This document shows positions 20,239-27,938 of a stretch of 64,000 nucleotides of DNA, one piece after another. The notes under the pieces are model-generated. The model had not been told where the DNA came from. It saw nothing but the letters and a program-made list of their open reading frames with translations, and did not search any database. The translations under genes and the position numbers were made by a program. Location: positions 32,001 through 96,000 of the forward strand of contig JBDRCX010000003.1 of assembly GCA_043821365.1 (NCBI GenBank). Direction: 5' to 3'. This stretch comes from Candidatus Micrarchaeota archaeon. GTDB taxonomy: Archaea; Micrarchaeota; Micrarchaeia; Anstonellales; Bilamarchaeaceae. Numbering within the stretch: the stretch's first letter is position 1; every line of letters begins with the position of its first letter.

Positions 20239-21228
20239 ATGCCAAAAAATCAGACAGAGTCCAGAAAAAAAGACCATGTTGATCTAGTTGTTGATGATGG
20301 AGCACAATATGCAAAAACAACTGGATTCGAACGTATGGATTTTGTCCATAATGCATTGCCAGAAATATCTCTTCAATCAGTTGATCTTTCAACAAAGTTC
20401 TTCAATAAAAAAATCAAATATCCAATTCTAATAACTGGAATGACTGGTGGGTATTCTGATGCTGAAAAAATCAATAGACAACTAGCAGCAGCTGCACAGA
20501 AATACGGTCTTGCATTTGGTGTTGGTTCACAAAGAGCAATGATCGAAAAACCAGAATTAGCAAAAACATATAAAGTTCGTGATGTTGCTCCAGATATTCC
20601 ATTACTCTCCAATATCGGTGCATTTCAACTTAAGAAATATTCAACCAAACAAATTGAATCATTGGTTCAAGATATCGAGGCAGATGCTCTTGCAATCCAT
20701 CTTAATGCACTTCAAGAGGTTATCCAACCAGAAGGCGATACTGATTTTACTGGAATTTTAGCTGCAATAGAGAAAACATGTGACGGATTGTCAGTTCCTA
20801 TTATTGTTAAGGAAACTGGTGCAGGCCTTAGTCAGGATGTTGCAATTGCATTGAAAAAAGCAGGTGTGAAATATTTGGATGTTGCAGGAGCAGGTGGAAC
20901 ATCCTGGAGTGTTGTTGAATATCTTCGTGGTGGTGGTGTTCCTGGTTTTGAAAACTGGGGGATTCCAACTGCTGAATCAATAATCCAATGTAAGGGAGTT
21001 CTGCCAATAGTTGCTACTGGTGGAATCAGAACTGGTGTTGATGGTACAAAAGCAATAGCTCTTGGTGCAGATATGTGTGGTGCAGCCTACCCATTCATCA
21101 AATCATTAAAGAAAAACAAACTAAATCAATTTATAGAGATTTTTGAGAAGCAAATGGCAATATCAGCTTATCTTACTGGTTCTAAAACTATTTCTGATCT
21201 AAAAAAGGCCAAACTTCGATTTTTGTAA
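20239..21228 (+). CDS. fni: Type 2 isopentenyl-diphosphate isomerase (FMN)
   Basis: RKKDHV, MTGG, GVGSQR, HLNALQE, VKETGAG, DVAGAGGTSW and ATGGIRTG. Confidence 0.96.
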   Translation: MPKNQTESRKKDHVDLVVDDGAQYAKTTGFERMDFVHNALPEISLQSVDLSTKFFNKKIKYPILITGMTGGYSDAEKINRQLAAAAQKYGLAFGVGSQRAMIEKPELAKTYKVRDVAPDIPLLSNIGAFQLKKYSTKQIESLVQDIEADALAIHLNALQEVIQPEGDTDFTGILAAIEKTCDGLSVPIIVKETGAGLSQDVAIALKKAGVKYLDVAGAGGTSWSVVEYLRGGGVPGFENWGIPTAESIIQCKGVLPIVATGGIRTGVDGTKAIALGADMCGAAYPFIKSLKKNKLNQFIEIFEKQMAISAYLTGSKTISDLKKAKLRFL

Positions 21229-21273
21229 CACTTATTTAAAAACTTACTACCATATTCTAACATTCAATGTACC

Positions 21274-21305
21274 TTAGTGGCTAAACTCTTAGATTTAGTG
21301 CTAAA
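21274..21305. promoter_or_regulatory. Two tandem TTAG-N2/3-CTAA palindromes upstream of the TATA box of the RSH-like gene
   Basis: TTAGTGGCTAAA (21274-21285) and TTTAGTGCTAAA (21294-21305); TTTAAATA follows within about 10 bp. Confidence 0.4.
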
Positions 21306-21342
21306 AGTAGTATTTAAATAATGTTATAAACAGTGTATATAC

Positions 21343-22962
21343 ATGCAAAGAGTAGAAAAAATGCTAGCTCAGCGATCGCATTGGCCTCCTCAGCTTCAAG
21401 CATCAGCTAGAAGGTGGGCTGATTGTTATGCCAAGTTCGGTGGCCAAGATGCATTTTCCCATCCACTCCGTGTTCTTGACCGTGCAATAGACCATGATAT
21501 GGTTGAACTGCATAAAATTGGGGATAGGCGGGTAGATCCTAAACAACTTAATCTTAAACTAGCGAACATCATACTCGGACATATATTTAGACATGGAAGA
21601 AATAATCGGAGAGATTTCCCATCAGAAGACTTTGAAAGAAGCCAGCTGACCATGAGTGGATTTGAAATTTTTGATGCATTAAGGGAGAATGATCTTAGTG
21701 CAATGTCACGGGCTAGATATGGTGAACTTTTAGAAACTCCATCGCTCGGCACATTAGCAAGATGTATTGATGTTGCACAATATGGGCCAGATGGACTTAC
21801 TTCTGAAGGTGAACTTGCTAACTTAGATCCAAATATTTTCTACCGATTCAGTCCATATACAGGTAAAAGTGAATATGAACATATAGCTCGCGTTGCAAGA
21901 ATGGTTTATGCACCTCTATGTGATCTTTTCAGTTATAGAAAATTAGCTGGAGATTTGATGCAAATGTCCTATTACCATCTTGATCGTGGGATTTATGATG
22001 ATGTAAATCTGTATTTAAAACTTCTAGAAACTAAAATTGCTGCAACTCAGAGACTTATGGAGGCAGTACTTCTCCAATTAAAAGAGAGACTGGATAGTGC
22101 TGGTTATAGGTATGATATAATCTTTAGAGAACAAAAACATCCTGGGAAAGTTATGGAGAAGGTTGACAGGTATTCGCGTGGTGATGGCCTTTCAACCGAA
22201 ACACATATTGAATCGCTTAGTGATCTTGTTGCTTTTACTGTTGTTTTACACTCAAAAAAAGATGGTAATGGTGGTAAGGTTATTACACAAAATGATCTTG
22301 ATGATTTTGAATTTGTAGCAAAATCTATAGTTGAAATCGTATCGGGATTGAAAAAATTACGTAATAATAATTACAGCGCTAGTCTTTTTACTGATAGAAT
22401 CACTAATCCTAAAGAAAGTGGATACCAGTCCTATCATGTTGACATGGCATTTGAAGACCATAGTTTAGTTGGGCTTGAAGCAATAGTACGAAATACCATA
22501 ATGCATACATATGCCGAACGAGGTGGTGCAGCCCATCATCTATTCAAAGGAGGGGCTGGATTAACAAAAACAGTTGAAAAAGCTTACAGGAATATCAAAG
22601 ATGCAATTGCAGGGGGTCAAAATCCAAATGACACTGACCGATCAGTTTCTTATCAAAGAATTCAATTTGTTGTTCCAGGTTCTGAACCATATCTGCGCAT
22701 TGTTCCGGGAGGTGCATCAGTTGGAGAAGCTCTTATTTGCGGTGGCATCAGCCTATTTGATAGACTTTCCATTGATCCACCAAGATCAATTTTTGATCAA
22801 ATTCGTGGTACTTCAGAATTACGTTTAGTTACGTCTGGTTATCCTCTTGTTGCTAATGAACAAATTCTAAGAGAGCTTCAAATGATGGCAATTAATCCAT
22901 CTACTGCACGTGAAATTCATGGTTTAATAAGAGAACTAAGACTTACTCCTAGATCTCCTTGA
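21343..22962 (+). CDS. RelA/SpoT homolog (long RSH-like) with degenerate hydrolase and variant synthetase motifs
   Basis: SHPLRV; IARVARMVYAPL; REQKHPGKVMEK; SDLVAFTVV; DRITNPKESGYQSYHV; EAIVRNTIMHTYAERGGAAHHLFK; VPGGASVGEA (TGS-like). Confidence 0.8.
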   Translation: MQRVEKMLAQRSHWPPQLQASARRWADCYAKFGGQDAFSHPLRVLDRAIDHDMVELHKIGDRRVDPKQLNLKLANIILGHIFRHGRNNRRDFPSEDFERSQLTMSGFEIFDALRENDLSAMSRARYGELLETPSLGTLARCIDVAQYGPDGLTSEGELANLDPNIFYRFSPYTGKSEYEHIARVARMVYAPLCDLFSYRKLAGDLMQMSYYHLDRGIYDDVNLYLKLLETKIAATQRLMEAVLLQLKERLDSAGYRYDIIFREQKHPGKVMEKVDRYSRGDGLSTETHIESLSDLVAFTVVLHSKKDGNGGKVITQNDLDDFEFVAKSIVEIVSGLKKLRNNNYSASLFTDRITNPKESGYQSYHVDMAFEDHSLVGLEAIVRNTIMHTYAERGGAAHHLFKGGAGLTKTVEKAYRNIKDAIAGGQNPNDTDRSVSYQRIQFVVPGSEPYLRIVPGGASVGEALICGGISLFDRLSIDPPRSIFDQIRGTSELRLVTSGYPLVANEQILRELQMMAINPSTAREIHGLIRELRLTPRSP

Positions 22963-23413
22963 ATTCAGTAAGTCTAGTTATAACATTCAAAACCATGTTT
23001 GTATTTGTTTTTTCTACACCAGAAACTGCAAGTATCTTTTTTACTGTTGAACTGAGTTCACCGCGTGTTTTACACATAACAACTGCAATTGCATCATATC
23101 CACCAGTTGTATCCCATACTGCTGCCACATGTGGTATTTTTGCCACCTTTCCTTCTATCTGCAGTAAATCCTTTCCTGAGATGCTTATATCTACAACTGC
23201 CATAAATTCAAAGCCTAGTTTGTTGTAATCCAGTTTAGCCCCATACCCAGTTATGTATTCTGATTCTTCGAGAGATTTTACTCTTTCTATTATTGCAGTT
23301 GTTGACATTCCAATATCCTTTGCAAGTTTTCGATAGGAACGTTTTGAATTTTTTACTAATTCCCCAAGTAGTCTTTTGTCCATTTCGTCCAGTTTTCTTG
23401 TAATATTTTTCAT
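22949..23413 (-). CDS. Lrp/AsnC family transcriptional regulator
   Basis: LDEMDKRLLGEL...SYRKLAKDIGMSTTAIIERVKSLE HTH; TTGGYD RAM domain; likely start MKNITRK. Confidence 0.92.
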   Translation of the reverse strand: MKNITRKLDEMDKRLLGELVKNSKRSYRKLAKDIGMSTTAIIERVKSLEESEYITGYGAKLDYNKLGFEFMAVVDISISGKDLLQIEGKVAKIPHVAAVWDTTGGYDAIAVVMCKTRGELSSTVKKILAVSGVEKTNTNMVLNVITRLTEFKEI

Positions 23414-23416
23414 ATA

Positions 23417-23468
23417 AACCAAACATTTGTATGTAATATTTATATATTTATTGGACATTTGTTTGGTT
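23417..23468. promoter_or_regulatory. Candidate operator in the Lrp/glnA divergent intergenic region
   Basis: AACCAAACA (23417-23425) / TGTTTGGTT (23460-23468) inverted repeat flanking an AT-rich TATA-like core; ACATTTGT occurs twice. Confidence 0.45.
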
Positions 23469-23555
23469 AAAAACCATTTCACAAGCTTTTTAATCTTTGT
23501 TTTCTTATTTTAACAAATATTTGGGAGTTTTTAGTTTAATTTGGGAGGTTTTATT

Positions 23556-24899
23556 ATGGAATTTAAAGAAGTTACTGACGAAGAAATATTGGAAAGAGTT
23601 GCGAAAGACAATGTAAAATTTGTGAATCTGCAATTCACTGATCTTTTTGGTGTTGTTAAGAATGTTACAATTACTTCTGAACATCTTGAAGATTCACTCG
23701 AAAGTGGAACCTGGTTTGATGGCTCTTCAATCGAAGGGTTTGCAAGAATCCATGAAAGCGACATGTTTTTGAAACCAGATAAAGACACGTATGTTTCAAT
23801 CCCATGGTTACATTCTGCTGATGGTAATACTGCGAGGTTGATTTGTGATATATATAACGCAGATGGAAAGCCGTTTGAGGGAGCTCCAAGAACAATTCTA
23901 AAAAAAGTATTAGCAGAAGCAAAAGAACTTGGATATGAATATAATACTGGACCAGAACTAGAATTTTTTCTTTTCAAAAAAGAGAATTGTAAATTGCAAC
24001 CACTTCCACATGATAAGGGTGGCTATTTTGATTTAAGTATGGATCATGCCTATGAAATAAGAAGAGACATGGCCATAGCATTAGGAAAATTTGGTATAGC
24101 TGTTGAAGCACTTCATCATGAAGTTGCGGTTGGTCAGCATGAGATTGATTTTAGATATGGTGATGCTCTAAAAACTGCTGATAATGCAACAACAATGCGA
24201 TATGTAGTGAAAGCTGTTGCAGAAAAACATGGTTTACATGCTACTTTTATGCCAAAGCCAATTACGGGTATAAATGGCAGTGGTATGCACATCCATCAGA
24301 GTCTTTTCAAAGATGATGTCAATCTATTCTTTGATGGGTCTGATTCTCATAACATGTCTTCACTTGCAAAAAATTTCATTGCCGGACAATTGAAACATAT
24401 TCGTGGTATGTGTGCGATAACTTCACCCACAGTCAATTCATACAAAAGGCTTACTCCGGGGTATGAAGCCCCAGTTTATTTAAGCTGGGCAAGAACAAAT
24501 CGTTCTGCATTAATTCGTGTGCCTGCCATCAAGAAAGATAAGCCAAAAGCTGCTCGTATTGAATTACGTTGCCCAGATCCATCCTGCAATATTTATCTTG
24601 CATTTGCAATAATGTTAAAGGCTGGCCTGGATGGAATAAAGAATAAACTTGAACCACCAGTACCTGTAGAAGAAGATCTTTATGAGTTTGATGATAATAA
24701 ACTTTCAAAACTCAATATTGCACAACTTCCCTATTCTTTATTTGAGGCAACAAAAGAAATGAAAAAGAGTGAGCTTGTAAAAGATGTTCTGGGAGAAACA
24801 ACTTTCAACAAGTATATTCATGCAAAGATTTCTGAATGGGATGAGTACAGATTACAAGTTACCGAGTGGGAGCTTGATCGCTATCTGGAAAGTTATTGA
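23556..24899 (+). CDS. glnA: Glutamine synthetase type I
   Basis: FDGSSIEGF, GPELEFF, HHEVAVGQHEI, FMPKP, NGSGMHIHQSL, NRSALIRVP and RIELRCPDP; SD GGAGG before ATG 23556. Confidence 0.98.
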   Translation: MEFKEVTDEEILERVAKDNVKFVNLQFTDLFGVVKNVTITSEHLEDSLESGTWFDGSSIEGFARIHESDMFLKPDKDTYVSIPWLHSADGNTARLICDIYNADGKPFEGAPRTILKKVLAEAKELGYEYNTGPELEFFLFKKENCKLQPLPHDKGGYFDLSMDHAYEIRRDMAIALGKFGIAVEALHHEVAVGQHEIDFRYGDALKTADNATTMRYVVKAVAEKHGLHATFMPKPITGINGSGMHIHQSLFKDDVNLFFDGSDSHNMSSLAKNFIAGQLKHIRGMCAITSPTVNSYKRLTPGYEAPVYLSWARTNRSALIRVPAIKKDKPKAARIELRCPDPSCNIYLAFAIMLKAGLDGIKNKLEPPVPVEEDLYEFDDNKLSKLNIAQLPYSLFEATKEMKKSELVKDVLGETTFNKYIHAKISEWDEYRLQVTEWELDRYLESY

Positions 24900-25784
24900 A
24901 ATAGTTCAGTGGTGAAATATCTCTCTCCATTATCTGGAAGTAGGGAAATCACTATTCCTTTTATTTTTTTCGCAGTTTGAATTGCAGCCCACATTGATGC
25001 CCCACTACTAATGCCAACCAATATACCTTCTTTTTTTGCTAAATTTCTTGCAGTTTCAAAAGCATCATTGTCACTAACATAGATTATTTCATCTACTTCT
25101 TTTCTATTGAATATTTTTGGAACAATTGATGTTTGCATATTTTTTAACCCCTGAATCTTATGGTTTGGGTATGGTTCTGCTGCAATAATTTTAATTTCTG
25201 GATTTTTTTCTCTTAGTAATTTTCCAACTCCCATAACTGTTCCTCCAGTTCCAATACCAGAAACAAATGCCCTTATTTCACCGTCAGTCTGTTCCCATAT
25301 TTCATTTGCTGTTTGTGCATAATGTGCCAATGGGTTGTTTTCATTGGAATATTGATCTGGCATAAAATATTTTTCTGGATTTTTTTCTAATTTTTTATTT
25401 GCAAGATTTATGGCCCCATCAATCCCAAGTTCTGCTGGTGTTAATGTTATCTTTGCACCAAATGCAGTCATTGCTTTTCTTCGTTCCAAACTTGCATTTT
25501 CTGGCATAACTATTTCAATTTGGTACCCTCTCACTGCACCAATCATGGCAAGAGCTATACCAGTATTTCCAGATGATGCTTCAATTACAATTCGATTTTT
25601 TATCAAATCCAATTTTTCTGCAGCTTCAATCATTTTCTGAACAGGACGATCTTTTATGCTGCCACCAGGATTTCTACCTTCTAATTTTGCGTATAATTCG
25701 TTTTCACTTAATCTATTTATTCTAACTAACGGAGTCCATCCTATTGTCTCCAGTATGTTAGCAGGCCAACCACCTATTTTTCAT
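24893..25784 (-). CDS. cysM: Cysteine synthase (CysK/CysM family) with a +1 frameshift between the SD-led ATG and the main frame
   Basis: Main frame is open 25780-24893: NILETIGWTPLVRI, KLEGRNPGGSIKDR (PLP Lys), SSGNTG, GIGTGGT and GISSGA. No in-frame ATG/GTG/TTG before 25633; the SD-led ATG at 25784 is in another frame. Confidence 0.85.
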
Positions 25785-25870
25785 TTTTACACCTCATAAA
25801 AATTCTGATTTTTATTAAGTAAAAATGTACGACATTTTTACACCTCATAAATTTTTATTAAATAAAAATG
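25782..25870. repeat. Imperfect tandem duplication with nested inverted repeats in the cysM upstream region
   Basis: CATTTTTACACCTCATAAA at 25782-25800 and 25833-25851; GTAAAAATGT-ACG-ACATTTTTAC hairpin between them. Confidence 0.8.
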
Positions 25871-25919
25871 AAATTTTGAAGTTTATAAACTAATGTAACA
25901 ATTTTGTTTTGGTTAGATG

Positions 25920-25938
25920 AAACTTGCTTCGCAAGTTT
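25920..25938. repeat. Triloop palindrome
   Basis: AAACTTGC-TTC-GCAAGTTT; the reverse complement contains GCGAAGC. Confidence 0.65.
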
Positions 25939-25991
25939 GAGGATTCGGGAGGGGTATTATGCTTTGTGATGTTAATAAAATAAAAGGGATG

Positions 25992-26012
25992 TGTGAAACC
26001 GTAGGTTTCACA
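25992..26012. terminator. Triloop palindrome downstream of tRNA-Lys (terminator or REP-like)
   Basis: TGTGAAACC-GTA-GGTTTCACA, 12 nt past the tRNA 3' end. Confidence 0.55.
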
Positions 26013-26024
26013 AACAAACAAAAA

Positions 26025-26150
26025 CGGGCCCAGAGGGATTTGAACCCTCGACCTGCGGATTCCACCTTTTACCAAAAAGTGGAGCCAAAAGTGGCTCTCC
26101 ATTTGATAAAATTAAAAGTCCGACGCTCTACCAAGCTGAGCTCTGGGCCC
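26025..26150 (-). tRNA. tRNA-Lys(UUU) with a 52-nt intron at 37/38 (26112-26061)
   Basis: GGGCCCA/TGGGCCC acceptor stem, G73, D arm GCTC/GAGC, anticodon loop CT-TTT-A|A, T arm GAGGG-TTCAAAT-CCCTC; the intron forms a 7-bp outer helix TTTTATC/GGTAAAA of a relaxed BHB; no encoded CCA. Confidence 0.93.
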
Positions 26151-26198
26151 TGATTTGTATGGTAAATTATTTACATTCGTTTTAAAAACACCACTTGT

Positions 26199-26222
26199 GT
26201 CAACGCTTTTAAAAGCATTGAC
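26199..26222. promoter_or_regulatory. 24-bp near-perfect palindrome containing a TATA-like TTTTAAAA
   Basis: GTCAACGCTTTT|AAAAGCATTGAC with one mismatch, between the tRNA promoter and the candidate ncRNA. Confidence 0.5.
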
Positions 26223-26239
26223 GCCTATTTACATAACTT

Positions 26240-26530
26240 CGGGTTTGATTTGAACTGTAGTAGTCTAAATCATCTCGATTCGCCGGGTTGGCAGATCGGT
26301 TATGCATCCGCCTGCAACCGCTTTTATGAGGTTTTGTCTTTAGACAGAATCAATGATAAGCTGAAAGCGGAATAGAGGGGTTCAATGTACCTTTTTAGGA
26401 AAACGTTCTTGAACGAAACATCGTTCAAGATGCGTATGGAACGTCTTGACGTTCCATGACGAGGTACACCCAAAAACTGGGTTGCTATGTCGAATAAGAA
26501 GGTAGCGAACAATTCCTCTACCCGGCTCTC
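26240..26530 (+). ncRNA. Candidate multibranched structured ncRNA, family not recognised
   Basis: Mutually compatible nested helices, GC-richer than flanks, TATA about 26 nt upstream, T-run downstream, no credible ORF; strand inferred from TATA and T-run. Confidence 0.45.
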
Positions 26531-27899
26531 TCTTTTTAGTTAGTTTGTGTTTTGTATCGAGGTAAAAGCCTTTCTATGCTTTTTGGTAGTTAACCAAAAC
26601 TCTTTTTTATGTAAGAACTTTCCTAAATACACTAATCCTAACATTACTGGAACTTCCCAAAACAATCCCATTGTTGTTCCTAGGGCAGCTTGTGAACTTA
26701 AACCAAAAAGAGTTATGGATGTAGCAATAGCGATTTCGAAATGGCTGGAAGAACCTATTATTACAGAAATTATTGCTTCTTTATATTTAAGTTTAAACAG
26801 TTTTGTCATGAAAATATTTATGGCAACAATGATCACAAAACCAAGCAATAATGGAACAGATACAAGTAGCATTTTTCCTGGATTTTTGAGTAGAACATCC
26901 CCATTTAAAGTAAATAAAACTATTAGTGTAAAAAGTAGTGCAAGAATTGAGATTTTACCAACAATTGGTTTGTATGTTGTTTCAAACCAATCTAATCCTT
27001 TTTTAGCAACAAGTACTTTTTTCGAGATATGCCCCATAATCAACGGTAATCCTATGAAAACAAGTACTGAAAGTAATAATGCAGTTACATCTAGGGGTAT
27101 CCCCTGTATTCCTGTAAGGAGTACAACAACAGGAGCATACAAAAACATAATTGTTAATGTGTTAATGCTTGTAGTTATCACATTTTGCTCTTGGTTTCCT
27201 TTTGCTAAACTTCCCCACACAATTACCATGGCAGTACAGGGACTTGAACCCAACAGTATCAAAGCAATAATTAACTGATCGTAACCTTTCAAAAAAATAT
27301 TTGCTAGAATAACCGTAATAATTGGAGCAATAATCCAATTAGATAAAAGTGTTAATAATATTGGTTTGGGTGCTTTTATTAGTTTTTTTACTTCTTTAAT
27401 TTGAAAGTTCAAAAGAGCTGGGTACATCATTAGAAATAAACAAATTCCAATTGGAATAGAAACATTTCCAATTTGCCAACTATTTAACAAAACGCTTAAT
27501 CCTGGGATATATTGAGAAAAAAGGATACCAATCAACATACAGGTAAAAACCCATACATACAAGTATTTTTCAAAATTATTTAATACCTTTTTCATACTTT
27601 AACCTTTCTATCTAATTCCTTATGAATATCCTAAGATCCAAAGAATGCATCAAATATTGAAATGTGTATTCTGCTTTTTTCTGTATTGTTTAATCTGGGC
27701 ATGGATGTCCTTCCGACCTATCCAAAGCAATTCTCCAAGAATATACTTATAATGGGGGTGGTGAGAAAATTATTCTGTGGTATGTTGATCGTTAACTGTC
27801 CTTTATAAAAGCTATCCGCTGAAATGTTGAAAAAGCCTCCAAATCACCTGGCGTCAAAGTAAACAAACACACTATTTTCTCTATGGCGTCTACCCGGCT
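26517..27899. repeat. 11-bp direct repeat TCTACCCGGCT bracketing the acr3 module
   Basis: Identical copies at 26517-26527 and 27889-27899. Confidence 0.6.
26540..27595 (-). CDS. acr3: ACR3 family arsenite efflux transporter
   Basis: IGICLFLMMYP, LLSNWIIAP, SPCTAMVIVW, SSHFEIAIA and GLFWEVPVML; about 10 TM. Confidence 0.92.
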   Translation of the reverse strand: MKKVLNNFEKYLYVWVFTCMLIGILFSQYIPGLSVLLNSWQIGNVSIPIGICLFLMMYPALLNFQIKEVKKLIKAPKPILLTLLSNWIIAPIITVILANIFLKGYDQLIIALILLGSSPCTAMVIVWGSLAKGNQEQNVITTSINTLTIMFLYAPVVVLLTGIQGIPLDVTALLLSVLVFIGLPLIMGHISKKVLVAKKGLDWFETTYKPIVGKISILALLFTLIVLFTLNGDVLLKNPGKMLLVSVPLLLGFVIIVAINIFMTKLFKLKYKEAIISVIIGSSSHFEIAIATSITLFGLSSQAALGTTMGLFWEVPVMLGLVYLGKFLHKKEFWLTTKKHRKAFTSIQNTN

Positions 27900-27938
27900 A
27901 ATATTTATTTATTCCATTCTTATTCTCTTTGTGATATT

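Noticed and set aside
25781-25789. Readthrough of the in-frame TGA (Sec/recoding) to extend cysM
   Set aside because: Another stop (TAA) lies two codons upstream in that frame, with no start codon between.
26025-26150. Alternative splicing register giving a TGG (Pro) anticodon
   Set aside because: The 37/38 register gives a 7-bp outer BHB helix, and the body and G73 fit Lys.
26373-26459. Short plus-strand frame YLFRKTF... resembling a tyrosine-integrase fragment beside the tRNA
   Set aside because: Under 30 codons, with no catalytic H/Y region in any frame; the sequence is better explained by RNA-like palindromes.
26240-26530. Identification of the structured region as RNase P RNA, SRP RNA, cobalamin riboswitch or group II intron domain V
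   Set aside because: Only isolated words match (GTCGAAT, CCCGGCT, TGTAG, GATCTGCC, GAGCCGG). The GAGGAANNUC/P4 register, the SRP helix-8 motif, the B12 box and domain V pairing are absent. A covariance-model search is still needed.
27596-27888. arsR or arsC expected upstream of acr3
   Set aside because: No ORF with HTH or arsenate-reductase motifs in any frame; only short open stretches without starts.
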